This document shows, in pieces, positions 54,803-64,000 of a stretch of DNA of 64,000 nt. Origin of the DNA: an uncultured Spirochaetota bacterium (GTDB lineage Bacteria; Spirochaetota; Spirochaetia; SZUA-6; CAVTHK01); contig CAVTHK010000007.1 in NCBI GenBank assembly GCA_963734495.1, positions 399,978-463,977 of the forward strand, read 5' to 3'. The notes under the pieces were generated by a model, which was not told the DNA's origin, did no database searches, and worked only from the letters and a program-made list of their open reading frames with translations. Positions within the stretch are counted from its first letter, which is position 1. Every line of letters starts with the position of its first letter. A program made the position numbers and the translations under genes.

Positions 54803-56166
54803 TGGCTACCGCGACCCACTCCGCGCGTGCGGAAATGGAAGAGAAAGAGCTGGCGCGCGCCGAAGACTACTTCGCGTATATAGGCCACGAGCTCGATCAC
54901 CAGAAGATCAGGCGCAGCCCCCATTATCGCTACGTCGTCGGCGGGCTCTTCGCGCCGCAGAACATCGACGACAGAGGCGACAACGTGCGGGTCCGGCTCG
55001 GCGTCCGTCCCGGCCTCTTCACCAGGGGCTCGCTGTTCAGGGACGTCGAGATACGCGGCATCGCCGCCCATCGCAAGCTGGCCGCCGACCCGAATTCCGT
55101 GGTTGCGCTGGTGCCGCGCCACAGGACCCTCTACGACTACCTGCTGCACATGCCTACGCATCACTGGTTCGTCAACCCGGAGGTGATGATCCTCGCGGGG
55201 AACAACCTGTTCGTCTCCAAGTACGACTACGAGCTGCGCTACTTTGGCGGTTTCATGTTCCTGCGCGAAGACGCGGTGCTGGGCCGCAAGGACAAGGGGC
55301 TGCCGCCGGTCAAGCTGTCGATCAAGCGCTACCTCGACGAGGTCTTCCCCGCCTACCTGAAGCAGCAGATGTTCGACGGCGTCGGCCCGGGCAGGCTCAA
55401 GCGCGACCTGATCCTCTATGCCGGCCAGGAAAAGAACCCTGAGACCGGCCGGCGCAGCGGGGGGCGCACCAAGACCGGACGCATCAGGAACCTGAGCCCG
55501 ATCTTCTTCGACAAGTTCAAGAGCCTCGTCCGCTCGAACGACACCGCCCTCTATATCGCGCCCGTGAACATCTCGTTCTCCAAGTACCCCGACGCCCCGT
55601 TCATAGCCCACCCGATCCAGCACGGCGGCGAGGTGGTCAAGCAGATGCGCTACGTCGGGGAGCAGCATTTCGTGATGAAGGCCTACCCCCACTACGCCCA
55701 GACCCACTACGACGCGGAGCTCGAGGCGGTCGTGCGCTACGGCGAGCCGGTGCGCTTTACCGGCGAGGGCATCGAGGGGGTGCGGGACACCATCGCGTAC
55801 GCGCGCGAGCTGCGCACGAAGATCGGGCTCATGGAGACGCTCTTTCCCACCGTCTTCGTCTACCGCACCCTCGGCGAGGACCACAGCCTCTCGGTCCCCG
55901 CCCTCGAGGAAAAGGCGCGGAGGCTCTACGACCGTTACGCCGCCCAGGGAGTGGACGTGTCACGGATTTCGGCGCGCGAGGGCGAGATGATGAGCGGCCG
56001 CGAGCTCGTCGACCGATCGATGCGCACGCTCAACTCCAACCCGTCCATGTACATCTGGGGCGTCCGCCACGACCGCTTCCTCAGCATGCGCCACGGCCGC
56101 GTCGTCTCCCACGACCTCAAGGTCCAGGCCTGGTACGCGAACAACATCCGCCACCTCGACCCCTGA
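54802..56166 (+). CDS. PlsB/GPAT-DHAPAT-like acyltransferase (divergent)
   Basis: HRTLYD (HX4D), ILAGNNL, FGGFMFLR, GGRTKTGR, IAPVNISF. Confidence 0.65.
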   Translation: MATATHSARAEMEEKELARAEDYFAYIGHELDHQKIRRSPHYRYVVGGLFAPQNIDDRGDNVRVRLGVRPGLFTRGSLFRDVEIRGIAAHRKLAADPNSVVALVPRHRTLYDYLLHMPTHHWFVNPEVMILAGNNLFVSKYDYELRYFGGFMFLREDAVLGRKDKGLPPVKLSIKRYLDEVFPAYLKQQMFDGVGPGRLKRDLILYAGQEKNPETGRRSGGRTKTGRIRNLSPIFFDKFKSLVRSNDTALYIAPVNISFSKYPDAPFIAHPIQHGGEVVKQMRYVGEQHFVMKAYPHYAQTHYDAELEAVVRYGEPVRFTGEGIEGVRDTIAYARELRTKIGLMETLFPTVFVYRTLGEDHSLSVPALEEKARRLYDRYAAQGVDVSRISAREGEMMSGRELVDRSMRTLNSNPSMYIWGVRHDRFLSMRHGRVVSHDLKVQAWYANNIRHLDP

Positions 56167-56172
56167 CCTCTC

Positions 56173-57486
56173 CTACAGCAGAGAGGCCGCGATCGCGGCG
56201 AGGAGGCTGCGCTCGCTGCGCAGGAGCGTCATGTGGCCGTGGAGCTGCTCCGCCTTGAGCCGCTCGGCGGTGTACGTCAGCCCGTTGCTGGACGAATCCA
56301 GGTAGGGGTTGTCGATCTGGTAGGGGTCGCCGGTCAGCACCATCTTGGTGCCCTCGCCCGCGCGGCTGATGATGGTCTTGACCTCGTGCGGCGTGAGGTT
56401 CTGCGCCTCGTCCACGATCACGTACTGGCGCGGGATCGAGCGGCCGCGAATGTAGGTGAGCGCCTCCATCTCGAGCAGGTTCTTCTGCTGCATCTCCTCG
56501 ACTTTACGCTGCACGGTCGGGTACACCGACTCTTCGCTGCCGTTGCGCTCGCGCAGCAGGAACGTCAGGTTGTCGATGATCGGCTGCATCCAGTGGATGA
56601 GCTTCTCGTCCTTGGCGCCGGGCAGGTAGCCGATGTCCCGGCCCAGGGGCATGATCGGCCGCGTGACCAGGATCTTGTCGTAGCTGCGGTTCTGCACGAC
56701 GCTCTGCAGGCCGGCCGCGATCGCGAGCAGGGTCTTGCCGGTGCCGGCCTGCCCGACGAGCGTGACGATCTGCACCGCGGGGTCGAGCAGCACCTCGAAG
56801 GCCATGCGCTGCTCCTTGTTGCGCGGCTTGATGTTCCAGGCGCGCTCGTACTGGGACGAAAGGTGCACGAGGGCGTGGTCCTCGCCCACGCGGGCGAGCC
56901 CGGTGTGCTTCTCGTTCGTCTCGTCGCGCAGCAGGATGAACTCGTTGGGGAACATCTGCACGTCGGGCAGCTCGATGGAGGCCTCGGCGTAGAAGCGGTC
57001 GACGACCTCCCGTGCCACCGTGATCTCCCGGTAGCCCTTGTAGAGCTCGTCGATGTTCACCTTCTGGCTTTCGAAGTCATGGGCCTCGATGCCCAGGGCA
57101 TCGGCCTTGATGCGGGCATTGATGTCCTTGCTCACAAAGATCACCCGCTCCCCGCGCCGGTGGTGCTCCCACGCCACGCGGATGATCCGGTTGTCCTTGA
57201 CCCCGGCGTCCAGCCCGTCGTCGCCCTCGCCGTCGGCGTTGGCGATCCGCAGCAGCCCGCCGTTCGCCGTCGGCACCCCTTCGCCCAGGTGGCCCTGCGC
57301 CCGCAGCACGTCGAGCCTGCGGATGACGGCCCGCGAGTTGCGGCCCAGCTCGTCGTTGGCCTTCTTGAAGCGGTCGAGCTCCTCGATGACGGCCATGGGA
57401 AGCACCACGACGTTGTCCGCGAAGCGTTCGATGGACGTGGCGTCATGGAGGAGGACGTTGGTGTCCAGGACGAAGATCTTTCTCAT
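56173..57486 (-). CDS. PhoH2 family protein (PIN ribonuclease + PhoH ATPase)
   Basis: FVLDTNVLLHD, SKDINARIKA, GQAGTGKT, IGYLPG, YIRGRS, DEAQN, GDPYQID. Confidence 0.95.
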   Translation of the reverse strand: MRKIFVLDTNVLLHDATSIERFADNVVVLPMAVIEELDRFKKANDELGRNSRAVIRRLDVLRAQGHLGEGVPTANGGLLRIANADGEGDDGLDAGVKDNRIIRVAWEHHRRGERVIFVSKDINARIKADALGIEAHDFESQKVNIDELYKGYREITVAREVVDRFYAEASIELPDVQMFPNEFILLRDETNEKHTGLARVGEDHALVHLSSQYERAWNIKPRNKEQRMAFEVLLDPAVQIVTLVGQAGTGKTLLAIAAGLQSVVQNRSYDKILVTRPIMPLGRDIGYLPGAKDEKLIHWMQPIIDNLTFLLRERNGSEESVYPTVQRKVEEMQQKNLLEMEALTYIRGRSIPRQYVIVDEAQNLTPHEVKTIISRAGEGTKMVLTGDPYQIDNPYLDSSSNGLTYTAERLKAEQLHGHMTLLRSERSLLAAIAASLL

Positions 57487-57735
57487 GCGGACCACAGGCT
57501 CCAGCCGGCAAGTGTAGCGAGGCCTGAAACGCGCATCAACAAAGCACGCGACGGAATCCGGCGCGCCCCGGCCCCGGCGCCCGGCTCATCGCGCATTCCG
57601 CGGCGAGCGCGCACAAACAGGGCCGCGGCCGGAAGATCGCGGGCACGCGGGCGCGCGGGCAACCGAGGAGGCAGCGGGCGTCCACCCGCGGCCATGCAGG
57701 CCGGGTCATCGGTCTCGCGGGGCTGCCCGGTCATG

Positions 57736-58056
57736 CTACAGGTAGCTCTTGAGCTCTTCGACCGCCTGGTCCTTCTCGCTGACACCGCTGCTGCGCACGG
57801 CCTTGCGGAAGACGTTCAGACACTCCTCGTTATCGAAGGTCTGCTTCATCTCCTCGATGAGCTCGAGGATCCTGACGTCGTTCTTGATGTTATAGATGCG
57901 CTTCCCATCGTGAAAGAAAAGCGACGCCATGCGCTTGATGTACTCGCCGACCGTGCCGGTGCGTTTCTCCGTCCGCCGCTCGGCCTGGTCGGCGCGTTTC
58001 TGCTCGCGTTTGAGCTCGCGTTCTTTGCGCTCGATGTCGGTACGTTTCATGGCCAT
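57736..58056 (-). CDS. Small charged hypothetical protein
   Basis: 106-aa ORF with coding-like composition and AGAGG upstream; no recognised motif. Confidence 0.7.
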   Translation of the reverse strand: MAMKRTDIERKERELKREQKRADQAERRTEKRTGTVGEYIKRMASLFFHDGKRIYNIKNDVRILELIEEMKQTFDNEECLNVFRKAVRSSGVSEKDQAVEELKSYL

Positions 58057-58157
58057 CCTCTTGAGCCCTCCTCTCGCCGAGTTACGGCCGGGATTAGTAT
58101 AGCAGGGAAGCCCATGGCGCGCCTACCGCGACGGGCCGCGCGGAAGGGCGCGAAGCC

Positions 58158-59138
58158 TCACCGCGGGGAGAGGCTGTCTGGCGGGGGGCTTGGCGCGACC
58201 GGCAGCAGAAACCGCACCCCTGCGCTTCCGCCGACCGACCACCATTCCACGCCGTTGAGCTGACTGTCGCTGACGGCGCCGGTGATCAGGTAGGTCCGGT
58301 CCGTGCCCGTCGCCGTCGCGCCGAGCGCCAGGTCGCCCTGCAGGGAAAGGAGCACCGCGGCCGAGAGCGGGACCGCGACCTCCACCGCGCCCCGGAACTC
58401 CTGTCCGTAGGCGCGCTGTGCGAAGCTCTTGGGGTGCTCGAAGTCGGTACGCAGGTTCCAGTCGGCCCACGCGTAGTACGAGTTCCACTGATATCCGAGA
58501 GAGAGCCGGGCCCAGCCGCCGGCGGCGAACTCATAGAGCACCTCTCCGCCGATCCACGGGCCCCACCACGTTGCTATGTAGCGGCTGTCGAGTCCGGGAA
58601 ACGGTCCGACCGAGGGAGGCGTGCCTCCGAAGAGGATGCTCGTCTGCGAGATCGTCTGGTACCCATGGGTCATCCGCAGCCGCTCCTGAGCCACCTCGAG
58701 GCCCAGCATCGGAAGAAAGCTCAGGCGCCAGCCCGCGGGCCGCAGCCGATACCCGAGAGCCGCCGAGGCAACCCACGCCAGGCCGCCAGCGGCGTCGTTG
58801 TTGGAGCGAGACCATTCGAGCTGCCGGTTGTTGCCGTCGTAGTCGGAATCCTGGTTGTCGCCCGAGACGATCCAGCCCGCGATGGCGCGGGCCCGCGCCT
58901 CCAGCGCCCCCCCGATCGGCAGCGACGCGTCTATCTCGAGGCCGCCGACAGTCAGGTTGCTCCACGTAAGCTCCGACAGGATATTGGGGTATCCGCCGGA
59001 ACCTGCGATGCTCCACCGCAACTCGTCGACACGGCCGACGGCAGCGACGCGGAGGCTCGGCGGTTCCGCCCCGAGCGTCGCCAGGGCGAAGAACACGGCC
59101 GCAAGCACACAAGCCCCTATCGGCGCGCGAATTGTCAT
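58158..59138 (-). CDS. Omptin-like outer-membrane beta-barrel protein
   Basis: Signal peptide, LRWSIAG..PNILSELTW, G.NQDSDY, LDSRY...W.GPW.G, ADWNLR.DF.HP.SF. Confidence 0.7.
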   Translation of the reverse strand: MTIRAPIGACVLAAVFFALATLGAEPPSLRVAAVGRVDELRWSIAGSGGYPNILSELTWSNLTVGGLEIDASLPIGGALEARARAIAGWIVSGDNQDSDYDGNNRQLEWSRSNNDAAGGLAWVASAALGYRLRPAGWRLSFLPMLGLEVAQERLRMTHGYQTISQTSILFGGTPPSVGPFPGLDSRYIATWWGPWIGGEVLYEFAAGGWARLSLGYQWNSYYAWADWNLRTDFEHPKSFAQRAYGQEFRGAVEVAVPLSAAVLLSLQGDLALGATATGTDRTYLITGAVSDSQLNGVEWWSVGGSAGVRFLLPVAPSPPPDSLSPR

Positions 59139-59248
59139 ATGCCCACGAGTATAGACCGGTGCCCGCGTTTTGCTAACCCGCGCGGATGCCGCGTCGCTCG
59201 CGAGGGGCCTCCTTCCCACGCCTCCGGCCTCTGCCGGCCCGCATCAGG

Positions 59249-59277
59249 TTGACAGCTCCAGTGGTAGACATTAGACT
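59249..59277 (+). promoter_or_regulatory. tRNA promoter
   Basis: TTGACA-17 bp-TAGACT. Confidence 0.75.
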
Positions 59278-59288
59278 TCGTCTGTCAC

Positions 59289-59362
<74 letters not shown>

Positions 59363-59476
59363 ATCCGTACTTCCTTTCGGCGTAACCCTTTACGGCACAT
59401 CCTCGACGCCCGCTCGGCCGCTGCGGCTTTAGTCCATTGCGCTAAGAATGGACTAAGCCTAAGTCTGGGAACGCCG

Positions 59477-60597
59477 ATGAAGCAGCCGTACTACCTCAAG
59501 AAGCGCGGCGATTTCTGGTACTACCGGCTCAACCCGGAGTCCGGCCTGGTCGTCGGCGAGAACAAGAACTACGTGCACCACCGGCTGCCGCTCCCGGGCG
59601 GCTGCGGAAGCCTTCATGGCCGACATGCTGGGCGAGGAGCCCGTGTCGCCGACGTTCCGGCAGTACGCCGAGCCGTTCTTCGTCTGGGGCGAGTGTCCCG
59701 CACATCCGCCGGGTGCTGGAGGAGGCGGGCGCTTCACGCATCGGCACGCCCGCATCCAGCGCGGCCGGCTGGAGAACCACGTCTTCGACGATCCCTTCGC
59801 GGACAAGCGGCTGTCGGAGATCACGCGGGCCGACATCTTCGACCTGCGCTCCCGGCTGCTGAAGAAATGCACGCCGGCGACGACGAACAAGGTCGATCGA
59901 CGTCGTGAAGGCCGTCATACGGGAGGCGGTGATCCGGGAGGAGCTCGACCACGATCCCACCGAGTTTGTGCGCCGGGTGCGGCACCAGAAGCGCGAGCGG
60001 GGCATCTTCAGCGTGGACGAGCTCAAGCGGCTGTTCCCTGAGCACGGCTACGGGCCGTGGGAAGGGGCGCGGGACTACACCTGCTTCTACCTGGCCGCGG
60101 TCAGCGGGGCGCGGCGTGGCGAGCTTCTGGTGCTGCGCTGGCGGCACATCGACTTCGAGGGCCGCTGCCTGAACATCAGCGAGGCATGGAAGGGCCGCGA
60201 CGAGATCGGGGGCACCAAGTCCGGCAAGAGCCGGGTCGTGCCGCTCTCGGCGCGGATCGTCGACAAGCTGGACAAGCTGCGCGTCGACTCCCTGCACCTG
60301 CAGCCCGATGACTTCCTGTTCTGCTACGACGACGGCTCGCGGGTCGGCGAGACCTGGTGGCACGAGCACTTCAAGGCTGCCTTGAAGGCGGCCGAGATCG
60401 AGCCCGGCGAGCGATGGCTGACCCCGCATAGCTTCCGGCACACGATCAACACGATCGTGCGGGACAGCGGGCACGACCCGGCCAAGATCAGGGCGGTGCT
60501 GGGCTGGATGGACGAGGAGATCCAGGACAACTACACCCACTGGCAGACGGAGGATCTGCGGCGGTGGGCCGAGATCGTGGACCGCATCTGGGAATAG
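59477..60597 (+). CDS. Tyrosine recombinase/integrase; frameshifts between 59570 and 59900
   Basis: GARRGELLVLRW..IDF, TKSGKSRVVPL, TPHSFRH, LGW..YTH. Confidence 0.9.
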
Positions 60598-60688
60598 CTG
60601 CCGTCCCCGCCGGCAGGCTCAGGGCCCTGTCCGTGGCCCTCCGTGATAGCCAACGTCGGCCGACATCGTGTCGGCCTCCTCGATCAGG

Positions 60689-60730
60689 AGGCCCAGGAGC
60701 CCGGGCACGGATGCCCGGGCTCCTGGGCCT
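60689..60730. repeat. Perfect 19-bp inverted repeat with 4-nt loop
   Basis: AGGCCCAGGAGCCCGGGCA-CGGA-TGCCCGGGCTCCTGGGCCT. Confidence 0.85.
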
Positions 60731-60977
60731 GGGCGCCCCTCAGACTCCGTGAGGAGCGCTGCGGCGCTGGCCGCTGGACAACACGTCCAAGACGGCCTGT
60801 GACCGGAAGGCCACCTGCTGGTCGCAGACCTCCAGCCCGAAGTAAGGGTCACATGCGCTCTATGGCGGAATGATTGCTGCCCATGGATAGACTCTTGGCC
60901 TCACTACGCACCCTGCACCCTTGCCCGGCATGAAGGATGAACGGTGATAGGAGCGTGGAGTCACGACCCTCAACATG

Positions 60978-62171
60978 CTACCGGCGTGGCGGCGAGGAGG
61001 CATCAGGGAGGCCATGAGAACCCAAGGTCTCTTCTACTCTTGCGTGCTCGACGAAGTTCATGACCAGGGGCTGAGAGAGATCCTCTTGAGATTGCTGCCA
61101 AGTCACGTACCAGCCTTCCGGCTGGACGAGCACGTCCACGTAGCGACTCGAACCTGTTCCGTACGGCGAAATAAAGGCTGGCGTGTTGACGGAGAGCCGC
61201 TGGATGCAAGTGGGGTCATCATCTACCATCACGGCGAGCCCTCCGACTTCCTCGCACGAAGAGCCTCTCGCGCGGTGGACTGCCCGTGGATGCTCCCCGT
61301 ACCGTCGCATCGACTCCCCACCATCGTAGAACACGAGCGATAGGGCAGGCTGACCCGCCAGGACCCGGATAGGCGGCAGCGGCACGACACCGGTGACCCG
61401 ACTGATAGCAACATCCCAGGCGGAACCCCGCGGAAAGAAGTCATAGCGCGGGGAGCCGATAGAGCCGTCCGAGTCCACTCGCACGCACCCGCTGTTCGAG
61501 CTAGCCCAGCTGAAAGGATGTGTAGAAAAGTAGATGAGAGTCTCTCCTGTGGTCGTCTGGTACAGCAGCGGGTCCTTCACGTGAAGAAACTGGGGATCGC
61601 CGCCTTGCAGCAGTGGCTGCACGGACGCATGTGCCAACTCCTCTATCGAAGGCGCGCACAAGCGATCGATGGACCATACGCCCGTCCCCGGCTTTTGGTA
61701 CGCAGCGAACTCGGCAGGATAGGAGGCTGCTTTCTCTATGGATACCAGCAACTCTACGTGGTCCTCCCTGCGCCACAGGCAGGAGCCCTCGATGGACAGG
61801 ACCTCGCCTCCTCGGGAGGCGAGGTCCGCCTTCGACCACGAAAGCAGCTTCTGGAAAGTCCTTCCCCTGTCATCGGAGTTGAAGATAGCGAGTTCCAAGC
61901 CCCGGCTTCCCGCAGCTATTCCTGTTCTCGCGTCCCCCGGGTTGCGGTAACGGCCGGTCAGATAGAGTCGCCCTTCCGACGCAGTCAACTTCCCGCCGCC
62001 GAACCAGAATCCCTCCGCTCTCTTCTTCGCCTCAACGATCACCCTGGCAGACTTCTGATCCACAAGCGTGAGACCCAGCCTCCATAGGTTGGCACGCGTG
62101 TCGTCCTGCAGTTGCACGCTGTCTACCCCTCCCCTCGGGAAGCGATGTGCGGCACCTCTCAACATGTTCAT
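60978..62171 (-). CDS. Asp-box (sialidase-like/beta-propeller) putative glycoside hydrolase
   Basis: SDDRGRTF Asp-box, FWFGGG, HVKDP, YDGGE, RYVD; ATGA overlap with the GH51 stop. Confidence 0.6.
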   Translation of the reverse strand: MNMLRGAAHRFPRGGVDSVQLQDDTRANLWRLGLTLVDQKSARVIVEAKKRAEGFWFGGGKLTASEGRLYLTGRYRNPGDARTGIAAGSRGLELAIFNSDDRGRTFQKLLSWSKADLASRGGEVLSIEGSCLWRREDHVELLVSIEKAASYPAEFAAYQKPGTGVWSIDRLCAPSIEELAHASVQPLLQGGDPQFLHVKDPLLYQTTTGETLIYFSTHPFSWASSNSGCVRVDSDGSIGSPRYDFFPRGSAWDVAISRVTGVVPLPPIRVLAGQPALSLVFYDGGESMRRYGEHPRAVHRARGSSCEEVGGLAVMVDDDPTCIQRLSVNTPAFISPYGTGSSRYVDVLVQPEGWYVTWQQSQEDLSQPLVMNFVEHARVEETLGSHGLPDASSPPRR

Positions 62172-64000
62172 CGGGGCAGCTTAGCGAGTCTCAAGTCCAC
62201 TCTGGTGACACTGAGAGGTGCCACCGAGAGAGTCACTCTGCTTCCCTCGTCGATGCGGATAGTGGGCTTCCTTTCTTCAAAGCGCAAACCGGGCACCAGT
62301 CTGCCCGTGCACAGGGACACCCCGCTGCACTCTACCACCTTCCCCAGATGGTGAACGTCCATCACCGCTTCTTGCTGCTCCTCGACGTTCTTGTTCACCA
62401 CGGTAGCGACGATTCTCTCGCCAGTGTCGTGAAGGGTGACTGCGAGGTCTATGTCGGGTTGCGTATCGCCGCCTATCGGTAGCAGCGTTCCTCCTCTGTG
62501 CGCCGTGAAGAGTTCGAAGACCTGACCTGCGGGTCGCAAATCGGCTCCTCCCGGCGTCACCTTGACAGCCGCTTCGAGCGGCTCAAAGTACGCGGCAATC
62601 GTGATTCCAGCACTGGAGGAGTGTCGTATGATCCCGTTCACCATGAGCGCCGTATACACCCCTTCGACCGTTCCGGGCTGAGCCTTTCCATGACCGGCGG
62701 ATATTGTACTCGTCGAAAGCAATCCCTATGAATTTCCCTTTCGTATGGCTATCAAGGATCTGCCTGTAATTTGGTAGGTATGCCAACGAGTCGGACCCGT
62801 CTCGGAGTATGGTGGCGACGCTTTCCTTGACGTGCTCTGGGGTATAGTCGTCTATGCCGGGTATGTAGTAATGGAATGAGTAGTGGTCCAGCAGATCGCG
62901 CATCACTGCAATAGCGTGCGCGTCCCAGTCGGGCCTCCAACGAGTGATCGATCCCGAAACGGCAAGGGAGATTGAAGGGTCAGCCTCCTTCATCGCCTTT
63001 GCGCACTCGAGCACTTTTCGAGCAAACAACTCGGCTGTCGGAGGGCCAGCATGGTTCGGATAGCCGTTCTCATTTCCTATAGACCAGTATTTCACTTTGA
63101 ACGGGTCTGGAAAGCCCCCTTTCTGCCGTTCAGCGCCCCAAGTTGTCGAAGTGGACCCGTTACAGTACTCGACGAAGGCGCTCGCCTCCTGCGGGCCATC
63201 CAGGTTGATGTTGACGGTGACGAACGGTTCGCAATTCAGTTCTCTGCAGAGCAATATGAACTCGTTTATCCCGATCTCGTGTGTATCGTACCCGTTCGTG
63301 TGCGCCAGGGTCTTGTGGTCCGAATCGCATATGGCTGGTCGCTTGTGCACGGGGAGGAGACCCTCCATCCAACGGTAGTCCAGAGCGAAATTGCCCCGGG
63401 CCGCCTCAGTATTGTGGGGCCGATTCGCCTCAGTAGGTCGAGCACATCTTTGCGCATGCCATGGAAACTGCGGTGGTTTCGCAGCGAGACACAGCCGATG
63501 TCGACTGAGCCGACTTGTTCAAGTGTGATCTCAAGCGCAGCGTTGTCGTCCGCTCTGCTCGGCGTCACCAAGTACTGCAGTTCGACCCATGTGCCTTTGT
63601 GCAAGTGCGCTGTTTCGCGAAAATGCGTTGTGTCCTCGCCCTTCAGGGAGACTTGGAGTTTCAGTTCCCGGTCAGGTTTGACCGCGAGGAAAGGCTTCGT
63701 ACTCGGTCTTCGCGATCAAATGGAGTCCCGTTCTGTCCGATGCCGCATACGCGTCCATCGGCGAGACACTGGACCCGTTGGCTCTGCCTCTCGTTGCTGT
63801 TCCGGAAGCGCTTCTCGGTGCTCGGGTAGCTGCACGTGTAGGCGTGTTGTTCTGTCTCATGCAGGAAGAACGGCAATCGTCTGCTTCCAATGGGATACCA
63901 GTCTGCGGGCAACCCGTTCATCCGAGGGATTCCCGCGAACTTGCGATTGCGCACCAGTTCCGCGCTCAGCCCACGCCATATACAGCTTCGTGTGTGCTCC
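62168..64000 (-). CDS. GH51 alpha-L-arabinofuranosidase-like protein, 5' end outside the window, multiple frameshifts
   Basis: EHTRSCIWRGLSAELVRNRKF, GMRKDV, GINEF, VEYCNG, YWSIGNE, IAFDEYN. Confidence 0.85.

Larger units (their letters stand above)
59363..64000. mobile_element. Left end of an integrative element/genomic island at tRNA-Arg
   Basis: Integrase starts 115 bp after the tRNA; visibly lower GC and different codon style from ~60800 onward. Confidence 0.75.

Overview
High-GC (roughly 70% by eye, not computed) bacterial chromosome segment, most likely from a Spirochaetota lineage: it has a flagellar-collar FlcA-like gene and a Treponema-style pair of cNMP-binding proteins. About 50 CDS and one tRNA-Arg(CCG) are present. 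Many genes are split by single-base indels, most simply explained by uncorrected long-read errors. Carbohydrate catabolism dominates: fucI, FucU/RbsD, an FGGY kinase, a class II aldolase-SDR fusion, a SorE-like dehydrogenase operon, two NagB paralogs, a sugar ABC transporter, and a DeoR-linked E2 plus fused E1 dehydrogenase with no E3 in the window. Accessory elements are a DUF222-HNH gene with a palindromic operator-like site, a SARP/pseudo-cyclase/ATPase/TPR regulator facing an MBL hydrolase across an AfsR-type direct-repeat promoter, a MoxR-DUF58-transglutaminase-beta-propeller operon, a divergent PlsB-like acyltransferase, and the left end of a lower-GC island integrated at tRNA-Arg (tyrosine integrase, Asp-box protein, GH51). 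Several genes appear to be transcribed as leaderless mRNAs. No CRISPR array or rRNA was seen. All family calls come from motif recognition by eye; no database search was run.
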